Source: a virus
Taxonomy: Duplodnaviria; Caudoviricetes
DNA: 64,000 nt
Reading direction: 5' to 3' (one strand)
IMG/VR virus record: IMGVR_UViG_3300045919_000118
Location: 966-64,965 of that record
The position numbers were made by a program, and so were the translations under genes. Positions 1-10,188 of the stretch are shown here, piece after piece. The notes under the pieces are model-generated. The model was not told where the DNA came from and ran no database searches. It saw only the letters and a program-made list of their open reading frames with translations. The first letter of the stretch is position 1. Every line of letters starts with the position of its first letter.

Positions 1-23
1 CTGTACCACGGTGACACAGAGGA

Positions 24-566
24 TTGAAAATGACTGACATCAACGAGAAAGCACAACCCTATCCGACGATGGCCCCGCGCGCCCCGGTGAAGCCGAAGGC
101 GACGGCCCTGGAGGCGGCTGCACCCATCCAGGCACCCGTCGAGGATGCCAACGATGAGCTGGAGCGGCGCATTAACGAGCTACGCGGTAAGCGTGCCCCC
201 TTCGGTCGACGCACGCAGAAACTTGCGTACCCTGTCCGACCTGGGTATCATCGCCACTGGTTCGCAGATCATCCAGGCCGCATCGAAGAGGCACGGCTGG
301 CCGGGTATGAGCATGTGAAGGACCACGAAGGAAAGACGGTCTCTAAGCTACACGGACGCCACCGTGACGGTCGCGCGATGCTGGGTTATCTCATGGAGAT
401 ACCCGAAGTGCTGTGGAGGGAAGACCTCAAGGCACAGTCGGAGCGAGTCGACGAGGGCGAGGCAGCCATCAAGCAGGGCAGAGCCCAGCTTGGCAAAAGC
501 GAGCAGCAGGGATCATTCTACGTTCCGGAGCAGGGCATCTCGATCAAGAACGAGACCAAGCGCTGA
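24..566 (+). CDS. Hypothetical head-module protein (between scaffold and capsid genes)
   Basis: 180-aa ORF with an RPGYHRHW..D.PGRI motif, directly upstream of the capsid genes. Confidence 0.6.
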   Translation: MKMTDINEKAQPYPTMAPRAPVKPKATALEAAAPIQAPVEDANDELERRINELRGKRAPFGRRTQKLAYPVRPGYHRHWFADHPGRIEEARLAGYEHVKDHEGKTVSKLHGRHRDGRAMLGYLMEIPEVLWREDLKAQSERVDEGEAAIKQGRAQLGKSEQQGSFYVPEQGISIKNETKR

Positions 567-681
567 CGACGGGACGAAGTCGAAGAGCAATCGAACAAAG
601 AGCTTAGGCGCAGAAGCGCCATTCGGGTCAGCGTCGTGGTGATGCTGGCCGACAGCCCTGTTCAATCTCGGAGACTTCGCA

Positions 682-1287
682 ATGGCGAACCCAAATCTGC
701 CGCGCGGGATTATCCCCGTGCAGCGACTGGATGGCTCCCCTTACAATGGTAAGGCGAACATCTACTCGGTGCCTGCTGCTTACGCCACGGCTCTGTTCCT
801 TGGCCAACCCCTCATCGCAACCGGTGCTTCTGACGCGAACGGTATCCCCGTCGTGCAGACAGCCACAAACGGCGCGACCAACCAAATGATCGGCCCGATG
901 GTAGGCATCGTCGACGGTGGTGAACCCATCGTGACGATCACCCGCGACATGCCGGTCTACCATCCGGCGTCGACCGCTCAGTACATCCTGGTCGCTGACG
1001 ACCCGGACCTCATCTTCGAAGCCCAGGAAGACAGCGTCGGTGGCAACATCGCGACTGCGACCGCAGGCACGAAGAACATCGACCTCATCGCGGGTGCTGG
1101 TTCAACGGTCACCGGGTTCTCCGGCTGGATGTTGGACAGCTCGACGATTGGTACTGGCCCGACACTTCAGATGCGCCTGATTGCCGGTGTCCGTCGCGCG
1201 AACAACGCGATGGGCACAACTCAGACGCTCAGCAAGTGGCTGTGCAAGATCAATCTGCACTCACTTCGCAACTTGACCGGCGTCTAA
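682..1287 (+). CDS. Capsid decoration/cement protein
   Basis: GGAG RBS; MAN.N.PRG..P N-terminus and V.DDPDLIFEAQ motif; immediately precedes the major capsid gene. Confidence 0.65.
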   Translation: MANPNLPRGIIPVQRLDGSPYNGKANIYSVPAAYATALFLGQPLIATGASDANGIPVVQTATNGATNQMIGPMVGIVDGGEPIVTITRDMPVYHPASTAQYILVADDPDLIFEAQEDSVGGNIATATAGTKNIDLIAGAGSTVTGFSGWMLDSSTIGTGPTLQMRLIAGVRRANNAMGTTQTLSKWLCKINLHSLRNLTGV

Positions 1288-1302
1288 GGGGAGCACGCAC
1301 AC

Positions 1303-2214
1303 ATGGCAAATCCAATCACCACTGGCGTCCACCCAAAACTGTTGTGGCCTGGCATTCACGCCGTCTGGGGTCAGACCTACGACGAGCACAAGGAGGAGTA
1401 CACCGACCTGTTCGATGTGCAGACCTCCGACAAGGCGTATGAAGAAGACGTGGAAGTCACGGGCTTCGGCATGCTCCCGGTCAAGAGCCAGGGCCAGGGC
1501 ATCACGTTCGACACGGAAACCCAGGGAGCTGTGACGCGCTACACGCACGTTGCCTATGCCCTTGGTTACATCGTGACGTACGAAGAGCTCCGGGACAACC
1601 AGTACAAGCAGGTCTCTGAGCGTCGCGCCCAGGCCCTTGCCTTCTCTGGTCGTCAGACGCTGGAGAACACCTGCGCCAACGTCTACAACCGTGCCTTCAA
1701 CAGCACGTATACCTTCGGCGACGGCGTCGAGCTCATCTCGTCCTCGCATCCGACCCTCACCGGCAACCAGTCCAACATCCTGACCACTGCATCGGACCTC
1801 ACCGAGGCCTCGATTGAAGACCTGGGTGTGCAGATCATGGACGGCGTCAATGCTCGTGGTCACAAGATCACGATCATGCCGCGCGCGCTCCTGGTGCCGA
1901 CGGCGCTATGGTTCGAGTCCAACCGTATCCTGAACTCAGTTCAGCAGAACGATACGGCGAACAACGCCATCAACGTCATCAAGGCAACAAATATGTTCCC
2001 TGAAGGCGTGAAGGTGAACCACTACTTCAACTCCACGACTGCCTGGTTCATCCGCACGAACGTACCGCGCGGCATGACGTTCTTCTGGCGCGACGAGCCG
2101 ATGTTCGACAAGGACAACGACTTCGACACCAAGAACGCCAAGGCAGCCATGTACATGCGCTTCTCCGCCGGTTCCACGGACTTCCGTGGCATCTACGGTA
2201 CGCCTGGCCTGTAA
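1303..2214 (+). CDS. Major capsid protein
   Basis: 303 aa with LLWPGI, S.KAYEE, Y.HVAYALGYIVT.E, GDGV.L.S.SHP and DFRGIYGTPG motifs typical of HK97-fold capsids; strong RBS. Confidence 0.9.
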   Translation: MANPITTGVHPKLLWPGIHAVWGQTYDEHKEEYTDLFDVQTSDKAYEEDVEVTGFGMLPVKSQGQGITFDTETQGAVTRYTHVAYALGYIVTYEELRDNQYKQVSERRAQALAFSGRQTLENTCANVYNRAFNSTYTFGDGVELISSSHPTLTGNQSNILTTASDLTEASIEDLGVQIMDGVNARGHKITIMPRALLVPTALWFESNRILNSVQQNDTANNAINVIKATNMFPEGVKVNHYFNSTTAWFIRTNVPRGMTFFWRDEPMFDKDNDFDTKNAKAAMYMRFSAGSTDFRGIYGTPGL

Positions 2215-2215
2215 C

Positions 2216-2263
2216 CGCACGAAAGTGCGTTAAGACGCGGGTCACCCTGGCAGGTGGCCCGCG
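2216..2263 (+). other. Tandem RNA hairpins downstream of the major capsid gene
   Basis: CGCAC-GAAA-GTGCG (GNRA loop) followed by CGCGGGTCACC-6nt-GGTGGCCCGCG; no U-tract. Confidence 0.55.
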
Positions 2264-2296
2264 ATCCTACTTCCAGCCCCACAAGGATCGTCTCCC

Positions 2297-3049
2297 ATGC
2301 CGCAAAGAAATCCCACCAGGTTCCCCGCAGGCGTTTCAAACGTCGCCCGCAAAAAGCAGTACGGTCGCATTCAGGTGTTCGACCCTGCGCGCCATCACGT
2401 CTATTTCAACGACTTCGACACATACGCTACCGCCGACTGGACGCTGACCGAGACCCAGGCTGGTGCCACGCAGGGCGTTGCAACTGGCCTTGGTGGCTGG
2501 TTCGTCCACACCAACTCCGCGGCTTCGGCCGACGTGTCGTCGATCCAGCTTGCAGCTCCTGGCTTCGCGTTCACGGACGGCAAGGCGTTCTACTGCAAGA
2601 CCAGATTCAAGGTGTCGGATGCCACGAACTGCTCGGTCGCCATCGGCGCGATGATCCTGGACACATCACCGATTGCGTCGGCTCCGTCGGAAGGCATCTA
2701 CTTCGCGAAGGCTGCGGCCGGAACGTCGGCGATCCTGAAGGTCGGCAAGGCCAGCTCGTACACGAACTCAACGGCCTTCGGCACGTTCGTTGCGGACACC
2801 TTCTACACGCTCGGCTACCACTGCGAAGGCAAGCAGTTCGTCAGCCCGACGACCGGTGTCGCCAGCTACAACTTCGACATCTTCTTCGGCACGGACGACA
2901 ACCCGAACCTGATCACGCGCGTTCAGGTGCCGGTGACGAACACGCCGGTCGGCACCCTCATCACGCCAACGATTGCTTTGCAGAACGGCAACGCGGCGGC
3001 GAACACGATGACGGTCGATTACTTCGGCCTTGGCCAGTCGCGCTTCTAA
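2297..3049 (+). CDS. Virion structural protein (beta-rich)
   Basis: PTRFPAGVSN N-terminus, YFNDFD motif, A/T/G-rich; follows the capsid gene. Confidence 0.6.
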   Translation: MPQRNPTRFPAGVSNVARKKQYGRIQVFDPARHHVYFNDFDTYATADWTLTETQAGATQGVATGLGGWFVHTNSAASADVSSIQLAAPGFAFTDGKAFYCKTRFKVSDATNCSVAIGAMILDTSPIASAPSEGIYFAKAAAGTSAILKVGKASSYTNSTAFGTFVADTFYTLGYHCEGKQFVSPTTGVASYNFDIFFGTDDNPNLITRVQVPVTNTPVGTLITPTIALQNGNAAANTMTVDYFGLGQSRF

Positions 3050-3065
3050 ACAGGAGTGACGCCTA

Positions 3066-3476
3066 ATGGCTGATACCGTAACGAGCAGGTACGTCGCGAA
3101 CGGCGCGCGCAACCTCATTATGAGGTTCACGAACGTCAGCGATGGGACTGGCGAATCTGGCGTCGTGAAGGTGGACGCCACGAACGTCGTCAATGGCTAC
3201 CAGGGTGTGGCCCCTGGCGTGAACCTAAAGGTTCAGTACATCAACTGGTCTGTCACTGGCACGGCTGCGGTCCGCCTCCGGTGGCAGGCAACCGCAGACG
3301 AAGACGCATTCGCGATGTCTTACAATAACTCCATCGATTTCGCGCCTTACGGCCTCCTGAAGGCCCCTCCAATTGCGGGGGTTACTGGCAGCCTTAAGCT
3401 CACGACAATCGGGTTCGGAGCCAGTTCTGCGTATGACATCTTGATTGTGATGGCGAAGGGCGTGCCGCAGATATGA
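3066..3476 (+). CDS. Virion structural protein
   Basis: MADTVTS...FTNVSDGTGESGVVKVD motif common in podovirus head modules; AGGAG RBS. Confidence 0.6.
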   Translation: MADTVTSRYVANGARNLIMRFTNVSDGTGESGVVKVDATNVVNGYQGVAPGVNLKVQYINWSVTGTAAVRLRWQATADEDAFAMSYNNSIDFAPYGLLKAPPIAGVTGSLKLTTIGFGASSAYDILIVMAKGVPQI

Positions 3477-3760
3477 CCTATCGTCCTGGAGACTTTCTGC
3501 GTATTTGCGACCGCACCGGGTTCAAGGTGTGGGCGTCCGATACGCAGGAGGAGTGGAACGGCCTCATCGTCAAGAAAGGCGTTTATGAGGCTCGCCACCC
3601 CCAGGACTTCGTCAAGGGTCGCGTCGACCAGCAAGCAGTGCGTGGAGCCAGGCCCCGTCCAGGAGACCTGGCTCCCGTCATGCCATACGCCTTGGAGGCC
3701 GAGACTGATGGTGACGGACTCCTGCAAGACGAAAACGATTCCGCCCTCCTGGTAGGTTAA
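3473..3760 (+). CDS. Conserved phage protein
   Basis: ICDRTGFK...EWNGLIV...RHPQDFV motif; ATGA overlap with upstream gene. Confidence 0.6.
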   Translation: MTYRPGDFLRICDRTGFKVWASDTQEEWNGLIVKKGVYEARHPQDFVKGRVDQQAVRGARPRPGDLAPVMPYALEAETDGDGLLQDENDSALLVG

Positions 3761-3762
3761 AC

Positions 3763-4146
3763 ATGGCCAAGCTCTCATCCTTCACGACAGCGGCCAACCT
3801 GGTGGGGGCGCTTCTGCCGATCCTCCAGGGCGGCACCAATAAGAACCTGTCCATCTCGTCCCTGTTCTTGACCGGCAGCGCGGTGATCGACTTCGCCAGC
3901 GTCGCGGACAATGCAGTGTCGGCGACCTCGAACGTGTCGGTGAGCGGAGCTGCGGCAGGGGACTTCGTCATCGGAGTATCGGCCAGCGGCAACATCGACA
4001 CGACCAATGGCGTCAGCCTCCACGGATCGGTGACTGCGGCCGGAGTGGTCGGCGTGTTCCTGATCAACGACAGTGGTGGCGCGTTCGACGCTGCCAGCCA
4101 GACCATCCGTGTCCTGGTCATCCCGAAAGCGGTGCTCGGCCTATGA
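3763..4146 (+). CDS. Small virion structural protein (fibre/decoration-like)
   Basis: 127 aa, A/G/S/V-rich, IDFASV...VSGAAAGDFV motif. Confidence 0.5.
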   Translation: MAKLSSFTTAANLVGALLPILQGGTNKNLSISSLFLTGSAVIDFASVADNAVSATSNVSVSGAAAGDFVIGVSASGNIDTTNGVSLHGSVTAAGVVGVFLINDSGGAFDAASQTIRVLVIPKAVLGL

Positions 4147-5114
4147 CAAGCTCCGGCGTCGCCACCATAAACCCGTCGATGCTGTCGATTTTGACGACGG
4201 CCTTCTTCAAGGCTGGCATCATCCGCGACGACGAGACCATCGGTGCCGACAAGCGCGCGACTGGCCTGACGATCCTCAACGAGATGATCAAGACCTGGCA
4301 GGCGCAGAACATCAGGGTATGGACCGAGGAGGAGGCGATTCTGTTCCTCAACACCGGCCAGTATCGATACCAGGTAGGGCTGACGGGCGACAACGCGACG
4401 GATGCGTGGACGTACCTGGAGACCGAGGCATCAGCAGCCTCTGCCGCCGCGGCAACCACCGTCACGCTGACCTCGATCACCAAAGTCGACGGTTCGTCGC
4501 TTGTCATCGGCGACACCATCGGCGTCGAGCTGACGGGCGACACCTTGCAGTGGACGACGGTCACGAACGTGTCTGGCCTGGTGGTGACCTTGACGGCTGC
4601 GCTTACCGATGCGAACTACGTCGGCGCGAAGGTGTTCGGATACAGCTCCAAGATCATCCGGCCGTTGAAGATCAGCCGAGCCTCGTCGGTTCAGTTCGGC
4701 TCTGCCGGGCGCATCGACACCGAGACCCCGATGCGCGTTTATTCGCGCCAGGAGTACATGGACCTGCCCACCAAATCGAACACCGGCAACCCGAACATCA
4801 TCTTCTATGCTCCCAAGTTACCGCTGGGAGAGCTGTATATCTGGCCCGCGGCTGAGGACCCGGACACCGCAGTCCGGTTTACCTACTCCAGGCCGATCTA
4901 CGACTTCGTCCTGAACAGCGACACTGGGGACTTTCCACAAGAGTGGCAGGAGGCTTTGACGAGCGGTCTGGCCCTGCGCCTGGCCCAGGCCTACCAGGCC
5001 CCAGCGACCCGCATTCAGGTCCTGGAGGCCCTTGCCACGGCGACGGCGCAGATACTGATCTCCTGGGACCGCGAGCCTGAATCCATCAGCTTCGTCCCGG
5101 ACCTGGAGGGATAA
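4143..5114 (+). CDS. Head-tail adaptor (P22 gp4-like) with inserted beta domain
   Basis: GLTILNEMIKTWQ and DFPQEW.EAL..GLALRLA motifs; precedes gp10-like gene. Confidence 0.7.
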   Translation: MTSSGVATINPSMLSILTTAFFKAGIIRDDETIGADKRATGLTILNEMIKTWQAQNIRVWTEEEAILFLNTGQYRYQVGLTGDNATDAWTYLETEASAASAAAATTVTLTSITKVDGSSLVIGDTIGVELTGDTLQWTTVTNVSGLVVTLTAALTDANYVGAKVFGYSSKIIRPLKISRASSVQFGSAGRIDTETPMRVYSRQEYMDLPTKSNTGNPNIIFYAPKLPLGELYIWPAAEDPDTAVRFTYSRPIYDFVLNSDTGDFPQEWQEALTSGLALRLAQAYQAPATRIQVLEALATATAQILISWDREPESISFVPDLEG

Positions 5115-6532
5115 TGGCGCAGATACCGTTCGCCTTGGAGACCTACATCAGCCGCGCGCGCCCGGTGTCGTCGCAGCGCCTGGTGAACCTTTACTCGGAG
5201 CTCCAGCCCGAGGAGGTCAATGCCAAGTCGAAGGTGGTGCTGTTCGGGGCCCCTGGCTTGGTCGAGTTCGCGAGGGTTGGCACTGGTCCGATCCGCGCCA
5301 TGCACATCCTGAACGAGTTCGTCTACGTCGTCTCCGGCAGCCAGTTCTACCGGCTTGCGTCCGACGGGTCGTCCGACTTGCTCGGGTCTGGCATCTTGGC
5401 TGGCACCGGTCCAGTCTCAATCGACGACAATGGGGTTGAGGTGGGTGTCGTCGATGGCAGCGCCGGGTTCATCTACAATTCCGACAACCTGACATTCCAG
5501 CAGATCAGCGATGTGAATTTCTACCCTGCCAACACGATCAGCCACAACGAGACGTACTTCCTGTTTGACCGAAAGAACACCAACCAGTTCTTCAGCTCCG
5601 ATTCGATCCAGGGCCTCGTCTACAACCCGCTGTTCTTCGGCACTGCGGAGTCCCTGTCGGACTATGTGCTCAACACGATCAACCACTTGCAGCAGCTCAT
5701 CATTGGCGGGCAGCGGTCGATTGAAATCTGGTATTTGGCTGGCGGCGAGAACTTCCCCTGGGCGAAATACACTGGCGCGGCGATCCAGATCGGCATGGCC
5801 GGTCCGCTGGCCTGGACGAAGGTGCGTGAGGCTTTGCTCTTCATCGGAAACGACCGCAACTTCTATCGCCTGGAAGGCGTGAATGCCGTCCGGGTGTCCA
5901 AACATGGCACCGAGCAGGAGTGGGCCAACTACGGCGACATCTCCGATGCGTTCTGCTTCTCCATGACCTGGGAAGGCCACGACTTCATCTACGTGATGTT
6001 CCCGTCGGTGCCGAAGACCTGGTGCTTCGACCTGACCACCGGGCTTTGGCATGAGCGGGAGTCGACGGACGCGAGCAACCAGCCGCTCGGCCGCTGGCGT
6101 GCGAACTGCGCCGTGGCGGCCTTCAACCGGCAACTGATCGGCGACTACGAGAGCAACGTCATCGGCTACCAGTCGTCGACCGACTACACCGAGTACGGCA
6201 ACACCATCAAAGGCTTGGCGCAGGGCTCGCCGATGCACAAGAACGGCAACCGGGTGTTCATGCCCAGGTTCGAGCTCGACGTCGAGGCGGGTATGGGCCT
6301 GACGACCGGGCAGGGCAGCGATCCGCAGCTCGTGCTCAGCCTGTCGGACGATGGGGGCTACACCTTCAACCAGGTCAAGTGGGCGTCGATGGGCAAGACC
6401 GGCCAGTACAACGCCAGGCTCCGCTGGTGCGCGATGGGTTCGTTCTACCAGCGCACCATGAAGCTGGAAGTCTCAGACCCGATCCGGCGCACGATCATCT
6501 CATCCTTCGTTGACCTGGAGGCTGACGAATGA
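5114..6532 (+). CDS. Tail hub / packaged DNA stabilization protein (P22 gp10-like)
   Basis: 472 aa with RLVNLY, GPIRAM, EGHDFIY..FP...KTWCFD..TGLWHER and SDDGGYTF...G..GQY motifs. Confidence 0.85.
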   Translation: MAQIPFALETYISRARPVSSQRLVNLYSELQPEEVNAKSKVVLFGAPGLVEFARVGTGPIRAMHILNEFVYVVSGSQFYRLASDGSSDLLGSGILAGTGPVSIDDNGVEVGVVDGSAGFIYNSDNLTFQQISDVNFYPANTISHNETYFLFDRKNTNQFFSSDSIQGLVYNPLFFGTAESLSDYVLNTINHLQQLIIGGQRSIEIWYLAGGENFPWAKYTGAAIQIGMAGPLAWTKVREALLFIGNDRNFYRLEGVNAVRVSKHGTEQEWANYGDISDAFCFSMTWEGHDFIYVMFPSVPKTWCFDLTTGLWHERESTDASNQPLGRWRANCAVAAFNRQLIGDYESNVIGYQSSTDYTEYGNTIKGLAQGSPMHKNGNRVFMPRFELDVEAGMGLTTGQGSDPQLVLSLSDDGGYTFNQVKWASMGKTGQYNARLRWCAMGSFYQRTMKLEVSDPIRRTIISSFVDLEADE

Positions 6533-6678
6533 GCGACGACAAGCCCGAGGAGCTTCCGGTCATTACGGCTGTCGGCATCATCAAGATGCCGAGTTCAACG
6601 CCGTCGCTCCCACCGGCCCCAGAAGGAAAGGAGGTGGCTGATGGCAATCCAACTGTCGACAGCACTCCGGAACGCTAG
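6529..6678 (+). CDS. Small hypothetical protein (49 aa)
   Basis: ATGA overlap with the gp10-like stop and GGAGG upstream; translated by hand (MSDDKPEELPVITAVGIIKMPS...). Confidence 0.4.
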   Translation: MSDDKPEELPVITAVGIIKMPSSTPSLPPAPEGKEVADGNPTVDSTPER

Positions 6679-7051
6679 AGTCGAGGTGATGGAAACCCTG
6701 TTTCCGTCCCCGTTCCAGCTTGTTTTCTACGCTGCGCCACTGCCTGCGAACTGCGCCGCAATACCGGCGGGTACCTTGCTCTGGACATCCGGACTGATCG
6801 GCGGGTCGGACTGGTTGGCGGCAGCCTCCGGCGGCTCAGCGTCGTACAACTTCGCACTATATGGCCCGATCACCGGGAGCTGCTCCAACACGGGCACCAT
6901 CGCTTTCTTCAGGATGTACTTCGGGGCGACAGCCTTCATGCAGGGCACCTGCGGGACCAGCGGCGCGGATTTTATACTCAGCGACAATGTTGTTGTCGCA
7001 GGACAAGTGATAAACGTCACGTCATTGACCTTCAATGAAGGAGGCGCGTAG
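6641..7051 (+). CDS. Fibre-associated structural protein
   Basis: MAIQLSTALRNAR...GT..FFR...QGTCGTSGAD pattern typical of small phage fibre subunits; GGAGG RBS. Confidence 0.6.
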   Translation: MAIQLSTALRNARVEVMETLFPSPFQLVFYAAPLPANCAAIPAGTLLWTSGLIGGSDWLAAASGGSASYNFALYGPITGSCSNTGTIAFFRMYFGATAFMQGTCGTSGADFILSDNVVVAGQVINVTSLTFNEGGA

Positions 7052-7443
7052 TGAGCAACATTCCGACCCAAATGCACGACACCGTCGTGCTCGCCGACCC
7101 GGACAAGTTCAAGAGCCGGGAGTACCTGGAGTACAAGGAGACCGCCGGTAAGCTCGGCCTGGTCGCACTGGGTGGCGCGCGCGGCTTCTACGGGAATCAC
7201 CTGGACCCTGCGCTGCAAGTTGGCCAACTCGCCAACTCGTTCATGGTTCAGATGTTCGATGCTTCAGCCCTGGCCCCTGGCCAGATGAAGGACAAGGTTC
7301 TGGCCTACCAAGAGGAAATCATGGTCATCCTCACGCATTACCTGCGTGAGGCAATGCGGAGCGAGCGGCTACGCATTGGACTTGAGCTTGAAGCCGCAGG
7401 GCACTCAAGCGCAGCCGCTCTTGTTAAAAACCTTCCATTGTAG
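7051..7443 (+). CDS. Hypothetical protein
   Basis: 130-aa ORF, translationally coupled; helical appearance. Confidence 0.55.
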   Translation: MSNIPTQMHDTVVLADPDKFKSREYLEYKETAGKLGLVALGGARGFYGNHLDPALQVGQLANSFMVQMFDASALAPGQMKDKVLAYQEEIMVILTHYLREAMRSERLRIGLELEAAGHSSAAALVKNLPL

Positions 7444-7453
7444 GAGCTACACC

Positions 7454-7942
7454 ATGCCAGTCCCCTATCTGATCACACCAGACCAAGCGAATGCCGCACC
7501 GACAATGGTTGCGGGCGAAGACATCTGGACCACCTTGAGCCACGCGACCCGTGCACACACGTTCCGGGAGATTCAGGTCTCCGGTCTCGGCACTGCGTCG
7601 GCCGCCAACGAAATGTTGCTGAGCCGTGTTGGTACGCTCGGCGCGACGGCTGCCAATGCCATCACGCCAGGCCCGCTCAACACCAACGACGTGTCGGCAG
7701 CAGGCTTTACGGTGGCGTCCAAGGCCGCCACGTCCGCCTGGACGACCCAGCCGGTCATCTCGACGGCCAGGACGCTGATGCGCTTCGGCATCAATGCCAA
7801 CGGCGCACTGTTCCGCTGGGTGGCGGCTCCAGGCCTTGGCATCGACGTCCCGGCCGGTGCAACGGCCACTGGCCAGACCTCGATGCGTACCAAGTCTGGT
7901 ACGTCAGTCGTGACCTGGCATGCGATCCTTGAAGAGAACTGA
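7454..7942 (+). CDS. Putative fibre-associated beta-sandwich protein
   Basis: AGGAG RBS before ATG 7454; A/T/G-rich; GTASAANE and NANGALFRW motifs. Confidence 0.55.
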   Translation: MPVPYLITPDQANAAPTMVAGEDIWTTLSHATRAHTFREIQVSGLGTASAANEMLLSRVGTLGATAANAITPGPLNTNDVSAAGFTVASKAATSAWTTQPVISTARTLMRFGINANGALFRWVAAPGLGIDVPAGATATGQTSMRTKSGTSVVTWHAILEEN

Positions 7943-8137
7943 GTGCTCTTCATAGTCTATGAAGGCGATCCGGCGGACCCCATCAATCAAACGATGAGGT
8001 CCGTCGAGGCCGTCTCGGAAGATGGCGTGTGGGCCATGTGCCCGCACGCGATCTCCGTAATGTTATTTGACGGTGACCCCGACCAGGTCAACTGGGGGGA
8101 GATGCGGCGCGGCACGAGCGCCTGGAGGTTCTCCTAA
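7943..8137 (+). CDS. Hypothetical protein
   Basis: 64-aa ORF filling the gap between flanking genes. Confidence 0.4.
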   Translation: MLFIVYEGDPADPINQTMRSVEAVSEDGVWAMCPHAISVMLFDGDPDQVNWGEMRRGTSAWRFS

Positions 8138-9021
8138 TGCCCGCTGTAGTTCACGCAAAATCCGACACCATAAACGACGCGACTGGAACGGTGACGTTCT
8201 GGGATGGCGCGACGACGGCATCTGAAATTGCCACGAACCTGGTCAGGCCATCCGACTGGAATTCTGGCCATAATCAGCTTGTCACCATTACCGGAAACAC
8301 GCTTGGTTCCAGCACGATGTCGGGGACCAACATCGTTTATGGTGCGAGTAACGGCATCTCCCTTTCAGCATCCACCGCGGCTGGAGCGGCCACGGTGTGG
8401 TTCGTCGGGGATGAAGTGGTCGGCACCGATGGGTTCAATCCGTATCCTGATATGGAGTTTGTTACCTCGACCATCGGAAACGGCTCGCTGATCTTTGACC
8501 CAGAAGAGTTCCCGTTGTTCCAGATGGATCGTGTGGTCATCCCGATCTACAACACCAATGCCACGAACAGCAGTGGCTCGCACACGATCACGCAGCGCGT
8601 AGGTCTTTACACCCGCAACGGTTCCACGTTGAGCCTGTTTGGCAGCACGTCACAGACGTTTGCCATCGTTCACAGCGGAACGCTCGGCATTTATTCATCT
8701 GTATCCGGCCTTCGCCTGATGACCATTCCGTGGACGACGACCTTCAACGAGGGCGTATACTGGATTGGCTACGTCTCCAGCACGAGCAGCGCTGGCGCGG
8801 CTGGCACGTACAGCAACCTTGTCTTGTCGAACCTTGCCACGACGTTCGCTGGCATGTTCAGCGCAGCCACAAACGCCACGGTCCAGTACACGCTGGGTCA
8901 GGGCTTCTACTCCGTCACGACCAACGGTATCCCAAGCTCGGTCGCTTTCAGCCAAATTCAGGGCTCACACAGCAACGCAAACCGCATGCAGCCGATCATG
9001 TTCGCGAGCGGCACGGTATAG
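8137..9021 (+). CDS. Ser/Thr/Gly-rich virion fibre protein
   Basis: LVRPSDWNSGH motif seen at N-termini of phage fibre proteins; very S/T-rich. Confidence 0.6.
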   Translation: MPAVVHAKSDTINDATGTVTFWDGATTASEIATNLVRPSDWNSGHNQLVTITGNTLGSSTMSGTNIVYGASNGISLSASTAAGAATVWFVGDEVVGTDGFNPYPDMEFVTSTIGNGSLIFDPEEFPLFQMDRVVIPIYNTNATNSSGSHTITQRVGLYTRNGSTLSLFGSTSQTFAIVHSGTLGIYSSVSGLRLMTIPWTTTFNEGVYWIGYVSSTSSAGAAGTYSNLVLSNLATTFAGMFSAATNATVQYTLGQGFYSVTTNGIPSSVAFSQIQGSHSNANRMQPIMFASGTV

Positions 9022-9029
9022 GAGGTCAC

Positions 9030-9212
9030 ATGGCTATCGAACCAAACAACATCACCGGACAAGTGGTGACGTGGATGCCAACATCATCCATTCGACTGTA
9101 CGGCAAAACCCGCAAGAAGGCTGATCTACAACAGTTATGGAAGAACCTGTCATCTGGGGAAACAGAATGGCGGGACATCGAGTTCACCCATTCCCATATT
9201 GAGGAGGACTAA
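9030..9212 (+). CDS. Hypothetical protein
   Basis: GGAGG RBS; LQQLW....GETEWRDI motif. Confidence 0.5.
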   Translation: MAIEPNNITGQVVTWMPTSSIRLYGKTRKKADLQQLWKNLSSGETEWRDIEFTHSHIEED

Positions 9213-9214
9213 CA

Positions 9215-9457
9215 ATGGCGGTAGCTTGCTTTATCCGTTCAGTGGACGGCGTTGAAAACCTTGGCGACGACACGTATCGCGTATCCGTGTCGTGCAGTCT
9301 GATGGACACCAGTAACTCGACATTCAGCACGACGTTCGATGCTGTCGGTGGATCGGACTGGCGCATTCAGGCCCGCACGGCGGCGTCCGTGTTCGCTCTT
9401 GAGCATCTCGGAGAAACCGTATCGCTATGCATCCTGCCAAACTTGGAAACAATTTGA
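9215..9457 (+). CDS. Hypothetical protein
   Basis: 80-aa ORF with GAGGAGG RBS. Confidence 0.5.
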   Translation: MAVACFIRSVDGVENLGDDTYRVSVSCSLMDTSNSTFSTTFDAVGGSDWRIQARTAASVFALEHLGETVSLCILPNLETI

Positions 9458-10188
9458 AGCCGCAAATTCTCGTCCCGGACCTGGAGGGTCGGCACAATCA
9501 AGACCTGAGCAAGACTGCGAGCCGTATCCTTGCAGGGGCGACGTGGAAGAAGCAGAGGGTGGTTGTCATGATCCCTTCTGCGGCTTCTATTCCCGTGAAG
9601 GTGGCATTCAGTCATTGGAACCTGATCTTCCCACCGAACCAGCAGGTCTACCGGATGCTGTGCTTGGGCATGGAGGTTGGCGATGCATACAGCAACGCAA
9701 TGGACAATGTCCTGGCGCATCCAGAGCTGTGCCAGTGGGAGTACGTGCTGACGGTGGAGACCGACAACTGCCCTCCCCCTGACGGTCTCCTGAAGCTCAT
9801 AGAGCGAATGGAGAACCATCCGGAGATGGCTGCAATCTCTGGCTGTTATTTTACGAAAGGGGAGGGGGGAGCCTGCCAAATTTGGGGTGACATCAGCGAC
9901 CCTCAAGTGAACTACCGCCCACAGCCACCAGACCCCAACGGTGGGTTGGTAGAGTGTTACGGCCTTGGAATGGGGTTCGTTCTGCATAGGATTTCGATGT
10001 TCAGGGACAAGAAGCTCCGCAGGCCATTCTTCAAGACCAATGCCAGCGCCAACGGCGTTGGTACTCAGGACCTGCACTTCTGGAGCGACGCGCGCAAGAA
10101 CGGCTACAGGTGCGCGGTGGATTGCTCCGTCAAGGTTGGGCATTATGATCACGATGGTAAATTTGGACCGCCGGAGACCATGTGGTGA
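9454..10188 (+). CDS. Glycosyltransferase family 2-like protein
   Basis: EYVLTVETDN (DxD-like), ISGCYF.K, GLGMGFVL...MF, QDLHF and VDCSVKVGH match the GT-A pattern; start could be TTG 9454 or ATG 9427. Confidence 0.7.
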   Translation: MKPQILVPDLEGRHNQDLSKTASRILAGATWKKQRVVVMIPSAASIPVKVAFSHWNLIFPPNQQVYRMLCLGMEVGDAYSNAMDNVLAHPELCQWEYVLTVETDNCPPPDGLLKLIERMENHPEMAAISGCYFTKGEGGACQIWGDISDPQVNYRPQPPDPNGGLVECYGLGMGFVLHRISMFRDKKLRRPFFKTNASANGVGTQDLHFWSDARKNGYRCAVDCSVKVGHYDHDGKFGPPETMW

